DNA of 55,441 nt from Patescibacteria group bacterium (GCA_016784175.1 JADHVC010000003.1:1-55441); one strand, 5' to 3'; positions 27,492 to 37,224 are shown, counted from the stretch's first letter. Translations and numbers: made by a program. Notes: a model not told the origin generated them from the letters alone.

Positions 27492-28844
27492 ATGCAATAT
27501 ACAGTGCAAATGAAAAGTAATAAAAGTAAACTCAAAAAAGCGTTATATAAATTAATGGCTATCTTTCTATTAATATTTGCAGGTTTTTTGGGTGGAATGT
27601 ATAGTTCAAGCAAGAATGATATCGTAAAAGATTTAAGCAAAAAAGAAGTTGTATATGTTGGCAAAGTATTGGGAAAATATAGCGAACCTGAAAAAGGAGA
27701 ATTAAACCAAGACATAGATTTTAAGCTTTTTTGGGAGCTTTGGGATATGGTTCGTGAGAGTTATGTTGACCAAGGAGAAATTAATGATAAAAAAATGTTC
27801 TATGGTGCAATGAATGGAATGATAGCATCTATTGGAGACCCTTATACTATTTTTATGGAACCGCAAGAAGCCAGAGAGTTTGAAGAAGACTTAAACGGTA
27901 AATTTGAAGGGATAGGAGCAGAAATTGGCATAAGAGACGAAATACTAACTATAATTGCCCCATTAGAAGGAATGCCTGCCGAGAAAGCTGGATTAATGTC
28001 GGGTGATAAAGTACTTGCTATTGATGGTGAAGTAACTATAGGCATAACAATAGATGAAGCAGTTAAAAAAATTCGCGGCGACAAAGGTACAAACGTAACA
28101 CTAACTATAACTCGCGATGGACTCGGAGAGACTCAAGACATTACAATCACAAGAAATACTATCGTTGTAAATAGCCTTAAAACAGAGTATATTAAAGACA
28201 AGAACATCTATAAAATTAAAATTACAAACTTCAATCATGATACTATCAACCTTATGGAAGAAGCTGTAAGTGAGATTGTTGCAAAGAAGCCAGATGGAAT
28301 AATAATCGATTTGAGAAATAACCCAGGTGGCTATTTAGAAATAGCAATTGAACTAGCAAGTGAGTGGGTTGAAGATGGAATAGTTGTGAGTGAACAATTT
28401 GGAGACGGAAAAAAGAATGACTTTTTAGCCCGCGGAAGAGCAAGATTAAGCGAATATAAAACTATAATTCTTGTAAACCAAGGTTCAGCTTCCGCTTCCG
28501 AAATTTTAGCTGGTGCATTAAGAGATTACGATATAGCTAAATTGATAGGTAAAAAAACCTTTGGCAAAGGATCTGTCCAATCACTCGAAAATTTAAGCGA
28601 TGGCTCTCAGTTAAAAGTAACAGTCGCTAAGTGGCTTACACCAGATGGCTATAACATAAACAAAGAAGGGCTTGAGCCAGACTTTGAAGTTGAATATACT
28701 AAAGAAGACTACGAAGCAAAAAAGGATCCTCAACTAGATGCAGCGATAGAGTTCTTAAAAACTGGTAAAGTTACCATAAAGGAAGTCCCAGAAGACAACA
28801 AAGAAGGGGAAAAAAGCATAGAAGACACAAAGAAAGCAGAATAA
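27492..28844 (+). CDS. Carboxy-terminal processing peptidase, S41 family, with PDZ domain
   Basis: N-terminal anchor, PDZ (GMPAEKAGLMSGDKVLAIDG), and the S41 catalytic region (NPGGYL, GSASASEILAGALRD, GKKTFGKGSVQ). Confidence 0.92.
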   Translation: MQYTVQMKSNKSKLKKALYKLMAIFLLIFAGFLGGMYSSSKNDIVKDLSKKEVVYVGKVLGKYSEPEKGELNQDIDFKLFWELWDMVRESYVDQGEINDKKMFYGAMNGMIASIGDPYTIFMEPQEAREFEEDLNGKFEGIGAEIGIRDEILTIIAPLEGMPAEKAGLMSGDKVLAIDGEVTIGITIDEAVKKIRGDKGTNVTLTITRDGLGETQDITITRNTIVVNSLKTEYIKDKNIYKIKITNFNHDTINLMEEAVSEIVAKKPDGIIIDLRNNPGGYLEIAIELASEWVEDGIVVSEQFGDGKKNDFLARGRARLSEYKTIILVNQGSASASEILAGALRDYDIAKLIGKKTFGKGSVQSLENLSDGSQLKVTVAKWLTPDGYNINKEGLEPDFEVEYTKEDYEAKKDPQLDAAIEFLKTGKVTIKEVPEDNKEGEKSIEDTKKAE

Positions 28845-28851
28845 AGAAAAC

Positions 28852-28887
28852 GCTCCATGTAATACCCAAAAGTGGAGCATTTTTTTA
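28852..28887 (+). terminator. Terminator after the S41 peptidase gene
   Basis: Stem GCTCCA (28852-28857) / TGGAGC (28873-28878) with a 15-nt loop, followed by a T7 run. Confidence 0.5.
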
Positions 28888-28888
28888 T

Positions 28889-28915
28889 AAAAAAACCGAC
28901 TTTTTTAAGGTCGGT
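28889..28915 (-). terminator. Terminator for the small - strand genes
   Basis: Stem ACCGAC (28895-28900) / GTCGGT (28910-28915). A T-run follows on the - strand (A-run 28889-28895 on +). Confidence 0.55.
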
Positions 28916-28972
28916 GGGTTAATTAGGAAGATTTAGATTAAAAGCGGGGGAACTAAATTTTTCCTAAGCCAA

Positions 28973-29185
28973 TTAGCAATACGTTCTAGCAGTCAGATAA
29001 ATAGCAAGATTAGTGGCCATTATAACGTTTAAAAGCATGAGCAAACTAATCCGTGATATTGTAAGATTTTTCTTTGCTTCTTTGTAAACTTTAACGGACG
29101 TGCTTGCCCGTGTTTCTCTCCAACCAATTTGGCGAAGCGATGGGAATGTGCCAATTAAACATGTGGAACCAGTATTTGTGGACAT
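28973..29185 (-). CDS. Small tail-anchored hypothetical protein (70 aa), paralogue A
   Basis: SD AAGGAAAG upstream of the ATG. Contains the motif LRQIGWRETR followed by a C-terminal hydrophobic helix. Shares this motif and architecture with the neighbouring gene. Confidence 0.6.
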   Translation of the reverse strand: MSTNTGSTCLIGTFPSLRQIGWRETRASTSVKVYKEAKKNLTISRISLLMLLNVIMATNLAIYLTARTYC

Positions 29186-29236
29186 ATTACTTTCCTTGTT
29201 TTGTGTTTTGTAAGGTAGATAGAAGTGAGTATATTG

Positions 29237-29449
29237 TTATACAATATACAACAAGTAAGCAGTATAAATGCACGACACGATCAGTAGAGTATAACCCGTA
29301 ATAGTAAAAGGGTTAAAATTAAATGTAGAATCATTTTTCTGATTGTTACGCAATCTATTTTCCTTCCAACCTATCTGGTGAATGGCCTTAGGGGTCTTCA
29401 AATGAAGCGGTTTAACATATTCGGGGGTTACAGCATGAGTCATTGCCAT
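29237..29449 (-). CDS. Small tail-anchored hypothetical protein (71 aa), paralogue B
   Basis: Start set at MAMTHAV (29449), which has GGAG 9 nt upstream. Contains the motif IHQIGWKENR plus a C-terminal helix. The ORF-track TTG start at 29533 is the TTG of a TTGACA -35 box. Confidence 0.6.
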   Translation of the reverse strand: MAMTHAVTPEYVKPLHLKTPKAIHQIGWKENRLRNNQKNDSTFNFNPFTITGYTLLIVSCIYTAYLLYIV

Positions 29450-29504
29450 TGTGGTAATCTCCTCGTAAATTTTTAAAAGGGCAGAAAATTGATACTCTGA
29501 TATT

Positions 29505-29533
29505 AGCATATCATGTAAGCAATTGTTTGTCAA
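29505..29533 (-). promoter_or_regulatory. Sigma70-like promoter (extended -10) for the small-protein pair
   Basis: On the - strand, TTGACA (29533-29528), 17-nt spacer ending in TGA, TATGCT (29510-29505). Confidence 0.5.
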
Positions 29534-29584
29534 TCATTTTATTAAATTTGTCAATTCATTCTAAGGTATCGTTCATTTGTCAAT
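29526..29584. promoter_or_regulatory. Three direct copies of TTTGTCAAT in the divergent pyrG / small-protein intergenic region
   Basis: TTTGTCAAT at 29526-29534, 29547-29555 and 29576-29584. Each contains TGTCAA, which is TTGACA on the - strand. Confidence 0.4.
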
Positions 29585-29645
29585 ATTGTTTGATTGGTGA
29601 AACAGTGATAAAATTTAAACGAAATAATTTTTGAAAAGCTTTTCT

Positions 29646-31295
29646 ATGAACAATGATACAATATTTAAGACTAAATATATTTTTGTCGTCGGGGGTGTAA
29701 TTTCTGGCGTTGGCAAAGGTGTAACAGCTGCTTCTATTGGGCGCATATTAATTAGTAAGGGTTATAATGTAAGCGCTATTAAAATAGACCCATATATCAA
29801 TATAGACGCAGGAACAATGAACCCAACAGAACATGGCGAAGTGTTTGTAACAGAGGATGGTGATGAAACCGACCAGGATATTGGTAATTATGAGCGATTT
29901 TTAAATAAGAATATTTATCGTGAAAACTACATGACGACAGGTCGCGTTTATGAAAGTGTTATTCGCAAAGAACGTAATTTAGAATATAAGGGTAAGTGCG
30001 TACAGGTAGTCCCGCATATTCCAATTGAAATTCGAGAGCGCATTCAAAAGGCTGTTAAAAAAACTGGTGCTGAGATTATGATCATAGAAATTGGAGGGAC
30101 GGTTGGTGAGTATGAGAACATGCTTTTTTTAGAGGCAGCTCGAGTTATGAAATTGCAAGAACCGCATGATGTACAATTCGTAATTGTAAGCTATCTACCG
30201 ATACCAAGCAAAGCAGGGGAGATGAAAACTAAGCCAACACAACACGCTGTTAGAGCTTTAAATACGGCTGGCATACAACCTGACTTTATTATTGCTCGAG
30301 CAAGAGTTAGTGTAGACGAAAAACGTCGCAAAAAAATTGCTATGCATTGTAATATTGACTACAAAGGAGTAATTTCTGCTCCAGATATAGATTCTATTTA
30401 CGATGTACCACTTAATTTTGAACAAGACAATTTGGGTGATCGAATATTAAGTAAATTTAGACTCAAGCCTCGTCAAAAAGATTTAGTAGATTGGCGAGCA
30501 ATGGTTCAAAAAATTAAAGAGGCAGACAAAGAAGTTAAAATAGGTATAGTTGGAAAATACTTTGCTACTGGAGATTTTTCACTCTCAGATTCATATATCT
30601 CTGTAATAGAGGCTATAAAACATGGATGCATTCCAAATAATGGCATACCAAAATTAAGCTGGATAGACACTGAAGAGATTAAAAATAAAGGAGTAGAGTT
30701 CTTAAAAGAGTTCGACGGAATAATAGTGCCACAAGGTTGGGGTAGTCGAGGATCCGAGGAAAAGATAAAAACTATCCAATACTTAAGGGAAAATAAAATC
30801 CCATTTTTAGGGTTGTGTTATGGAATGCAGATGTGCGTCATTGAGTTCGCTCGAAATGTTTGTGGAATAAAAGATGCTAATTCAGAGGAAGTTAATCCCA
30901 ACACTACCAATCCTGTCATACATCTTATGGTAGAACAAAAAGAACTTTTAGCGAATAAACAATATGGTGGAACAATTAGGTTGGGAGGTTGGCCATGTAA
31001 AATTAAGGAAGGAACTAAACTTGCAAGAGCTTATGAAGGTTATTTAGATAAAGATAATATTGCAGTAGAGCGACATAGACATCGATATGAATTCAATAAT
31101 GACTTTAAACAGAAGTTAGAGGAAAATGGATTAACGATCTGTGGTACTTCACCGGATGGTAAGTTAGTAGAAGCTGTTGAAATTAGTGAACATCCTTTTT
31201 TCATTGCTACTCAATTTCACCCCGAATACATTTCTCGACCATTATCCCCGCACCCTCTTTTTACGGAATTTATACGAGTATGCTTATTGAAGTAG
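29646..31295 (+). CDS. pyrG: CTP synthase
   Basis: KYIFVVGGVISGVGKG, DPYINIDAGTMNP..HGEVFVT.DG.ETD.D.G.YERF, and the glutaminase domain GLCYGMQ with HRHRYE. ATG 29646 preferred over TTG 29631. Confidence 0.96.
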   Translation: MNNDTIFKTKYIFVVGGVISGVGKGVTAASIGRILISKGYNVSAIKIDPYINIDAGTMNPTEHGEVFVTEDGDETDQDIGNYERFLNKNIYRENYMTTGRVYESVIRKERNLEYKGKCVQVVPHIPIEIRERIQKAVKKTGAEIMIIEIGGTVGEYENMLFLEAARVMKLQEPHDVQFVIVSYLPIPSKAGEMKTKPTQHAVRALNTAGIQPDFIIARARVSVDEKRRKKIAMHCNIDYKGVISAPDIDSIYDVPLNFEQDNLGDRILSKFRLKPRQKDLVDWRAMVQKIKEADKEVKIGIVGKYFATGDFSLSDSYISVIEAIKHGCIPNNGIPKLSWIDTEEIKNKGVEFLKEFDGIIVPQGWGSRGSEEKIKTIQYLRENKIPFLGLCYGMQMCVIEFARNVCGIKDANSEEVNPNTTNPVIHLMVEQKELLANKQYGGTIRLGGWPCKIKEGTKLARAYEGYLDKDNIAVERHRHRYEFNNDFKQKLEENGLTICGTSPDGKLVEAVEISEHPFFIATQFHPEYISRPLSPHPLFTEFIRVCLLK

Positions 31296-31313
31296 TTATT
31301 GTATTTAAACAAA

Positions 31314-31348
31314 CAAAAAAAGACTTATACTTTATAAGTCTTTTTTTT
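31314..31348. terminator. Bidirectional terminator between pyrG and rpmA
   Basis: Stem AGACTTATA (31321-31329) / TATAAGTCT (31333-31341), flanked by an A-run and a T8 run. Confidence 0.8.
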
Positions 31349-31395
31349 AGATCTCTAGGTCTGGCAAGGAATATATCCAATCGACTCCAGTAAGT

Positions 31396-31689
31396 TTATG
31401 ACTTTGCTTTAACAGCAGGATAAACATTTACGAATTTTACTTTTTTTAACTTACCTGTGAATAGTGCTACTTTTTTTGTACTAAACTTTACAATTCCATT
31501 AATTACTGAGAATATAGTATGATCATTGCCAAGTTTTACATTTTCACCTAAACGATACTTTGTGCCCCTCTGTCTAATAATGATTGAGCCAGGCTTAGCG
31601 ACTTCGCCAGCATAAAGCTTAACACCCAGTCGTTGTCCTTGCGAGTCTTTGAGATTATTGGCGGATCCACCCGCTTTTTTATGTGCCAT
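31396..31689 (-). CDS. rpmA: 50S ribosomal protein L27
   Basis: [29 protein letters not shown]...[10 protein letters not shown] is the canonical L27 N-terminus. Confidence 0.96.
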   Translation of the reverse strand: MAHKKAGGSANNLKDSQGQRLGVKLYAGEVAKPGSIIIRQRGTKYRLGENVKLGNDHTIFSVINGIVKFSTKKVALFTGKLKKVKFVNVYPAVKAKS

Positions 31690-31818
31690 TGTTAGTTAAT
31701 TATGCATTATGAATCTAGAATATTGAATCATACTGCAAAAAGATTTATAATTTAATATTATGTATAATAATCGTATAATAGCAAAGATTATCTGCATAAG
31801 TCAAGACTTAGTCGTTAA

Positions 31819-33192
31819 ATGATTACTCAGATCAAAGGAAAACAATTCATTATCCTAATAGGTGATATAGTAATTATGTACATATCACTCTATATTGCTT
31901 TGTTTTTGAGAAATCTAGAGTTCCCTAGTACCTCAGTATGGATAGATCATTCTTTAATGTTTAGTTACAATTTTCCAATATGGTTACTATTTTTTTACAT
32001 TGCTGGACTCTACAATTTACACATAGCCATTAATAACTCAAAATTCATCGAACTCTCACTAAAAGCTATACTTGCATCGACCACATTCACAATTATATTC
32101 TTTTATTCTTATCCTTTATCTAATTTTGCTCCAAAAACAATACTCGTTCTGTACTTAGTGTTATTCACACTGCTTCACTTTGCGCACAGACTTTTAATTA
32201 ATCAAAGATTCGCAACTCGAACTCCAAAAACCAACTTGGCAATTATTGGATATTCGCCTCTAGTTAGTGAAATTATCGATGAAACAATAAGAAAGCCACA
32301 CTTAGGCTATAATATTAAATTTATTTTAAATACGCAAAGCATCATTCTTGACAATCCCGCTGAGTCAATCCAAATAATAAATAATGTTTATGAATTTAAA
32401 GATAAACTATTAAAGAAGAATATATCAGAAGTTATCATTACTCAAAATTTTAGAGAGTCAGAGATAATCAAAGAGATACTATTTGATTGCTTGAGAGCAA
32501 ATATTAACTTTATTAATATCGCACAATTTTATGAGGACTTAGTGGGTCGATTACAATTAGATTTTGTTGATAGAACGTGGTTTTTGGAAAATTTTAATAG
32601 AATTAATAACAATTGGTACAACACATTTAAACGTATATTTGATATAATTGTATCAGTACTGATTCTTTGTTTTACGCTTCCGATTTGGGCGATTGTCGCA
32701 ATAGCTATTAAAATTGAGAATACTGGACCAATATTTTTTATTGATACTCGACTTGGAAAAAATGAAAAAGCCTTTACTTTGATAAAATTTAGAACCATGA
32801 GTGTAGCAAATAATGACCAATCACCAACAACGAGTGGTGACCCAAGAGTAACAAAACTAGGAAAGCTTTTGAGAAAAACTAGAATCGATGAAATTCCGCA
32901 AATACTAAATGTACTTAAGGGGGACATGAGTATGGTAGGCCCGAGACCAGAAAGACCAAAACTAGTCACTAAATTAAAAGACGTTATTCCTTTTTACAGT
33001 ATAAGGATGTTGATAAAGCCTGGTATCTCTGGTTGGGACCAAGTATCTGGAGAATACCATTCACCAAGCAAAGAGGATACTTTAAAGAAACTTCAATACG
33101 ATTTCTATTACATAAAAAACCGATCAATTTACTTAGATATAACAATATTATTAAAAACTATAAAAACAGTATTGAGTAGCCAAGGCGTCTAA
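31819..33192 (+). CDS. Polyprenyl-phosphate glycosyl-1-phosphate transferase (bacterial sugar transferase, WbaP/EpsL-like)
   Basis: N-terminal TM block and C-terminal catalytic domain (KRIFDIIVS, GPIFF...R.G......LIKFRTM, DEIPQILNVLKGDMSMVGPRPERP). Confidence 0.9.
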   Translation: MITQIKGKQFIILIGDIVIMYISLYIALFLRNLEFPSTSVWIDHSLMFSYNFPIWLLFFYIAGLYNLHIAINNSKFIELSLKAILASTTFTIIFFYSYPLSNFAPKTILVLYLVLFTLLHFAHRLLINQRFATRTPKTNLAIIGYSPLVSEIIDETIRKPHLGYNIKFILNTQSIILDNPAESIQIINNVYEFKDKLLKKNISEVIITQNFRESEIIKEILFDCLRANINFINIAQFYEDLVGRLQLDFVDRTWFLENFNRINNNWYNTFKRIFDIIVSVLILCFTLPIWAIVAIAIKIENTGPIFFIDTRLGKNEKAFTLIKFRTMSVANNDQSPTTSGDPRVTKLGKLLRKTRIDEIPQILNVLKGDMSMVGPRPERPKLVTKLKDVIPFYSIRMLIKPGISGWDQVSGEYHSPSKEDTLKKLQYDFYYIKNRSIYLDITILLKTIKTVLSSQGV

Positions 33193-33267
33193 AGTTAAAG
33201 AGTAAAGAATTAATAAAATGTCAATATTGCAATTGATTTAAATATAGTTTAATATCATTGAAACACT

Positions 33268-35316
33268 ATGAATATATTTAGACAAATTTTTTCATCATCA
33301 AAAAAAGTCAAAAACTGGAGACAGATTGTTTTTGTTATTATTTTATTGTGTGGCTCACTGCTAGTTAACTTTGGAGATAAATACAACGATCTAAGTGATA
33401 AATTGAGTGAAAAATCAAATATAAGTATACCAAAAGTTGAGGAGCGAAGTTTTAGACTTGGATTAGACCTGCTCGGGGGAACACACTTGGTCTATAAAGC
33501 CAACATTGATAATATACCAGATACTGATCGAGATAATGCGCTAGAAGGTGTTCGTGATGTAATTGAGCGAAGAGTAAATTTATTTGGTGTAAGTGAACCA
33601 AATGTACAAACAGCAAAGTCTAACGGTGAATACAGGGTTATTGTTGAATTAGCAGGAATTAATGATGTTAACGAAGCAATTAGCTTAATAGGAGAAACGC
33701 CTTTATTAGAATTTAAAGAAGCGAGCGACGAAGCTCGACAATTAGGAGACGAAGAAAAGGCAATATTAGAAAACTACAACATAGAGGCAGAAAAAGGAAT
33801 AAATGAAGCTTTGGAAGAATTAGTTGATAGTGATTTTGAAGATCTCGTATTAAAATATTCTCAAGATGAAGCTACAAAAGAAAATAAGGGTAATATTGGG
33901 TGGATAACAGCCTCAAGTCACCCAGAGATTATAAACGCGATTAGCGAGCTAGAGCTAGGTGCAGTAACAAAAAATTACATAACTAGTCAATCTGGCTTTG
34001 AAATATATAAACTACTTGAAAAGCGCATTAAGACAAATCCATTCGATGAAAATAAGGAAGAAAAACAAGTACTAGCATCACATATATTAATCTGTCACAA
34101 AGACAGTGAAAGCTGTGAAAGTGAATTAAGCAAGGAAGAGGCTTATGCTAAAATTAAAGAAGTAAAGACTAAAGTAACAGCAGAAAATTTTAATGAATTA
34201 GCTAAAGTTTACTCAGACGAACCTGGTGCTGACCAAACAGGGGGTAATTTAGGCTGGTTTGAAAGAGGAAGGATGATAAAACCTTTTGAGGATACAGTCT
34301 TTAATAACCAAAAAGTTGGTGAAATTTCCTATGTCGTTGAAACAAAATTTGGGTATCATCTAATTCTAAAACATGACGAAAAAAACATTGAAGAATATAA
34401 TATTTCACGCATTTTAATAAGAACAATGAGTGAGCAAAGTATTGTTGGTGTTGGAAATACTTGGAAAAATACAAAATTAGGTGGTAAATATCTAAAAAGG
34501 GCAGCTGTACAATTTGATTACAATGACAACTCTCCAGAAGTAACATTGGAGTTTGATCAAGAAGGTTCAGATTTATTTGCTGAAATTACAGAAAGAAATA
34601 TTGGTAAGCAAGTAGCCATATTCCTCGACGGCTACCCAATTAGCGCACCAGTTGTAAATTCAAAAATAACAGGAGGTCAGGCTGTAATTAGTGGAAATTT
34701 TGATATAAAAGAAGCAAATCTATTGACTCAAAGATTAAATGCAGGTGCATTGCCAGTTCCAATCTCATTAATTAGTCAAAAAACAATTGGAGCTAGTTTG
34801 GGTCAAGATTCTATGCAGAAAAGTCTAAAAGCAGGTATATTTGGATTAATTGCAGTTGCAATATTCATGGTATTTATTTATCGGTTACCTGGCATACTCG
34901 CAGTTGTATCATTATTAATATACGGCTTACTAATGTTAGCGATATTTAAACTTTGGCCAATAACATTAACATTGTCTGGACTAGCTGGGTTTATACTATC
35001 TATTGGTATGGCGGTGGATGCCAATATTTTAATCTTTGAGAGGCTAAAAGAAGAATTAAATTCTGGTCACGCACTAAGCACTGCCATAGACAATGGGTTT
35101 AAAAGAGCTTGGCCATCAATAAGGGACGGTAATATTTCAACGCTATTAACTTGTTTTATACTAATCCAGTTTACAACAAGTGTAGTGATGGGCTTCGCCT
35201 TAACTTTAGCATTAGGTGTTATAGTATCAATATTCTCTGCTGTAATTATTACTAAAAACTTATTAGTGATGGTAAGTGGCGCAGAGCTTTTTAAAAAAAA
35301 TAAATTCTGGTTATAA
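33268..35316 (+). CDS. secD: Protein translocase subunit SecD with inserted parvulin-type PPIase domain(s)
   Basis: SecD P1 motifs (LGLDLLGGTHLVY, RRVNLFGVSEPNVQ, GETPLLEF, VAIFLDGYPISAPVV, the LPVP loop) and the C-terminal 6-TM SecD/F domain. Residues ~268-370 show parvulin signatures (ASHILI, GGNLGWF, FGYHLI). Confidence 0.9.
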   Translation: MNIFRQIFSSSKKVKNWRQIVFVIILLCGSLLVNFGDKYNDLSDKLSEKSNISIPKVEERSFRLGLDLLGGTHLVYKANIDNIPDTDRDNALEGVRDVIERRVNLFGVSEPNVQTAKSNGEYRVIVELAGINDVNEAISLIGETPLLEFKEASDEARQLGDEEKAILENYNIEAEKGINEALEELVDSDFEDLVLKYSQDEATKENKGNIGWITASSHPEIINAISELELGAVTKNYITSQSGFEIYKLLEKRIKTNPFDENKEEKQVLASHILICHKDSESCESELSKEEAYAKIKEVKTKVTAENFNELAKVYSDEPGADQTGGNLGWFERGRMIKPFEDTVFNNQKVGEISYVVETKFGYHLILKHDEKNIEEYNISRILIRTMSEQSIVGVGNTWKNTKLGGKYLKRAAVQFDYNDNSPEVTLEFDQEGSDLFAEITERNIGKQVAIFLDGYPISAPVVNSKITGGQAVISGNFDIKEANLLTQRLNAGALPVPISLISQKTIGASLGQDSMQKSLKAGIFGLIAVAIFMVFIYRLPGILAVVSLLIYGLLMLAIFKLWPITLTLSGLAGFILSIGMAVDANILIFERLKEELNSGHALSTAIDNGFKRAWPSIRDGNISTLLTCFILIQFTTSVVMGFALTLALGVIVSIFSAVIITKNLLVMVSGAELFKKNKFWL

Positions 35317-35322
35317 GAAATT

Positions 35323-36246
35323 ATGTTAAAAATCATTGATAATAAAAAAATATTCCTAATCATATCTAGTGTTTTAGTTATTACTTCTATTATTGTGCTA
35401 AGCGTTTTTGGTCTAAAGCTTGGAGTTGATTTCGTAGGTGGAAGTTTATTGGAAGTTAAATACATAAATACTAGACCAGAAATTAATGTAGTAAAAGAAA
35501 GTTTAGCTAAATTAAATATTAACGATTTGACCATTAAGGCAGCGGGCGAAAAAAGCATAATTTTAAAATTTAGAAATATCGATGAGGATACACACCAAGC
35601 TATTCTTCATGTGCTAAATAATAACACATTAGGCATAAATACAGATAGTGAGAATGGAAGTGAAAAAATAGTTGAAGAATTAAGCTATGACTCTGTTGGA
35701 CCATCTATCGGCGAAGAATTAAAAGAGAAGTCAATAAGAGCAATTTTTTGGGTATTAATAACTATAGTCCTTTTTGTAGCCTGGGCATTTAAAAAGGTAA
35801 CACGTCCTATTTCAAGTTGGAAATATGGAATAGTAGCTATTATTACACTTTTTCATGACATCATAATACTTTGTGGAACATTCTCTATTCTTGGAATTAT
35901 TGCTGGCATGGAGGTAGGTGTATCTTTTGTAGCAGCACTATTAACCATTCTCGGATATTCTGTAAATGATACAATTGTTGTATTTGACAGACTTAGAGAG
36001 AACCTACCAAAATACAATTTAGCGTTCAAAGACACGGTTAACGAAAGTGTCAATCAAACAATCAGAAGGTCTATAAACACTTCCATTACGACAATTTTAG
36101 CATTGCTTTGTGTATTTATTTGGGGGGGTACGACCACACAAAGTTTTATATTAGCGCTAATTGTTGGTATTTCAATTGGTACATATTCCTCAATATTTTT
36201 AGCTAGTCCATTACTTGTTGTCTGGAACGAACATCAAAAAAAATAA
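35323..36246 (+). CDS. secF: Protein translocase subunit SecF
   Basis: GVDFVGGSLLEV, the SecF TM domain (GYSVNDTIVVFDRLREN), adjacent to secD. Confidence 0.93.
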   Translation: MLKIIDNKKIFLIISSVLVITSIIVLSVFGLKLGVDFVGGSLLEVKYINTRPEINVVKESLAKLNINDLTIKAAGEKSIILKFRNIDEDTHQAILHVLNNNTLGINTDSENGSEKIVEELSYDSVGPSIGEELKEKSIRAIFWVLITIVLFVAWAFKKVTRPISSWKYGIVAIITLFHDIIILCGTFSILGIIAGMEVGVSFVAALLTILGYSVNDTIVVFDRLRENLPKYNLAFKDTVNESVNQTIRRSINTSITTILALLCVFIWGGTTTQSFILALIVGISIGTYSSIFLASPLLVVWNEHQKK

Positions 36247-36252
36247 TTAATC

Positions 36253-36882
36253 ATGCAAGGAATTGTTATAAAAAGAATCCAATTTTTAGAGAACGATCTG
36301 TTAGTGAATATTCTTTGCAATGAAGGTGGAAATATACAGGCGGTCGCTAGGGGAGGACAAAAGTTTGAATCAAAAATGGCAGCTCATCTTGAACCATTAA
36401 ACCTAATAAATGTAGATTTAATTGTCGGAAAAAAGCTAAATTATATAAGAAATATTTATTCGGTAAAGTGTTTCTGTGAATTAAAAGCTAATATCGAGCT
36501 AATTGATATAGCCATGAGGGCTATTTTTTTTATTAATAAAATTATTAAACCCAATATTGAAAATCCAAAAGTTTTATACTTGCTCTTTGAACTACTTTCA
36601 ATATTAGACAACACGGAATTAAGTTCAAAAATAGACAAAAAATTATTACTCCATTTATTTCTATATAAGTTACACTTTATTGAAAGTCTCTTGCCTGAAG
36701 AACAAGATTATAATACATATTGCCTAAACGAAAAACTTAATTCTTCCAGTATCACATACGCTGATCTAAATAGAATCATTAAAGATAAAAACCTAGCAAC
36801 ATTAATTCATATTCCACATGTCAAAGGGACCATTACTGCACTAAACAACTATTCTAGCTATTTTGAGAATTGTTTTGTATAA
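36253..36882 (+). CDS. recO: DNA repair protein RecO (short form)
   Basis: N-terminal OB-fold pattern (GIVIKRIQFLENDLLVNILCNEGGNIQAVARGGQKFESKMAAHLEPL). Size and position are plausible, but the C-terminal region is divergent. Confidence 0.6.
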   Translation: MQGIVIKRIQFLENDLLVNILCNEGGNIQAVARGGQKFESKMAAHLEPLNLINVDLIVGKKLNYIRNIYSVKCFCELKANIELIDIAMRAIFFINKIIKPNIENPKVLYLLFELLSILDNTELSSKIDKKLLLHLFLYKLHFIESLLPEEQDYNTYCLNEKLNSSSITYADLNRIIKDKNLATLIHIPHVKGTITALNNYSSYFENCFV

Positions 36883-36923
36883 AAAAAAGAGCAATGCTAT
36901 AAAACACTACTCTTTCTGTAAAA

Positions 36924-37223
36924 TTACTTTTTCTTTGCTTTTTCCTTAGTTTTTATAATATTTCTTTTCTTTAAGGTATCGACTAATAGCTTTACTCCAT
37001 CAGCTACATAGATAAACCCAGACATACCAGCATCCATTTTACTATAACAATCCTTTATTATAGTGTCTACTTTATTAAACCTATCCCTCATCTCTTGCAT
37101 CATTCTATAAGCTTGCCTCACCATCATTGCTAAGTAGAAAAAGAGTAGGCCAAAAAATATACTCACCCAAAGTATTCCGAACGATTTTGCAAGTAATAAT
37201 ATATCTTGTGTTGTTTCTACCAT
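36924..37223 (-). CDS. Small hypothetical membrane protein (99 aa)
   Basis: ORF beginning 1 nt after the pheT stop. One TM helix and a Lys-rich tail. Confidence 0.55.
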   Translation of the reverse strand: MVETTQDILLLAKSFGILWVSIFFGLLFFYLAMMVRQAYRMMQEMRDRFNKVDTIIKDCYSKMDAGMSGFIYVADGVKLLVDTLKKRNIIKTKEKAKKK

Positions 37224-37224
37224 G

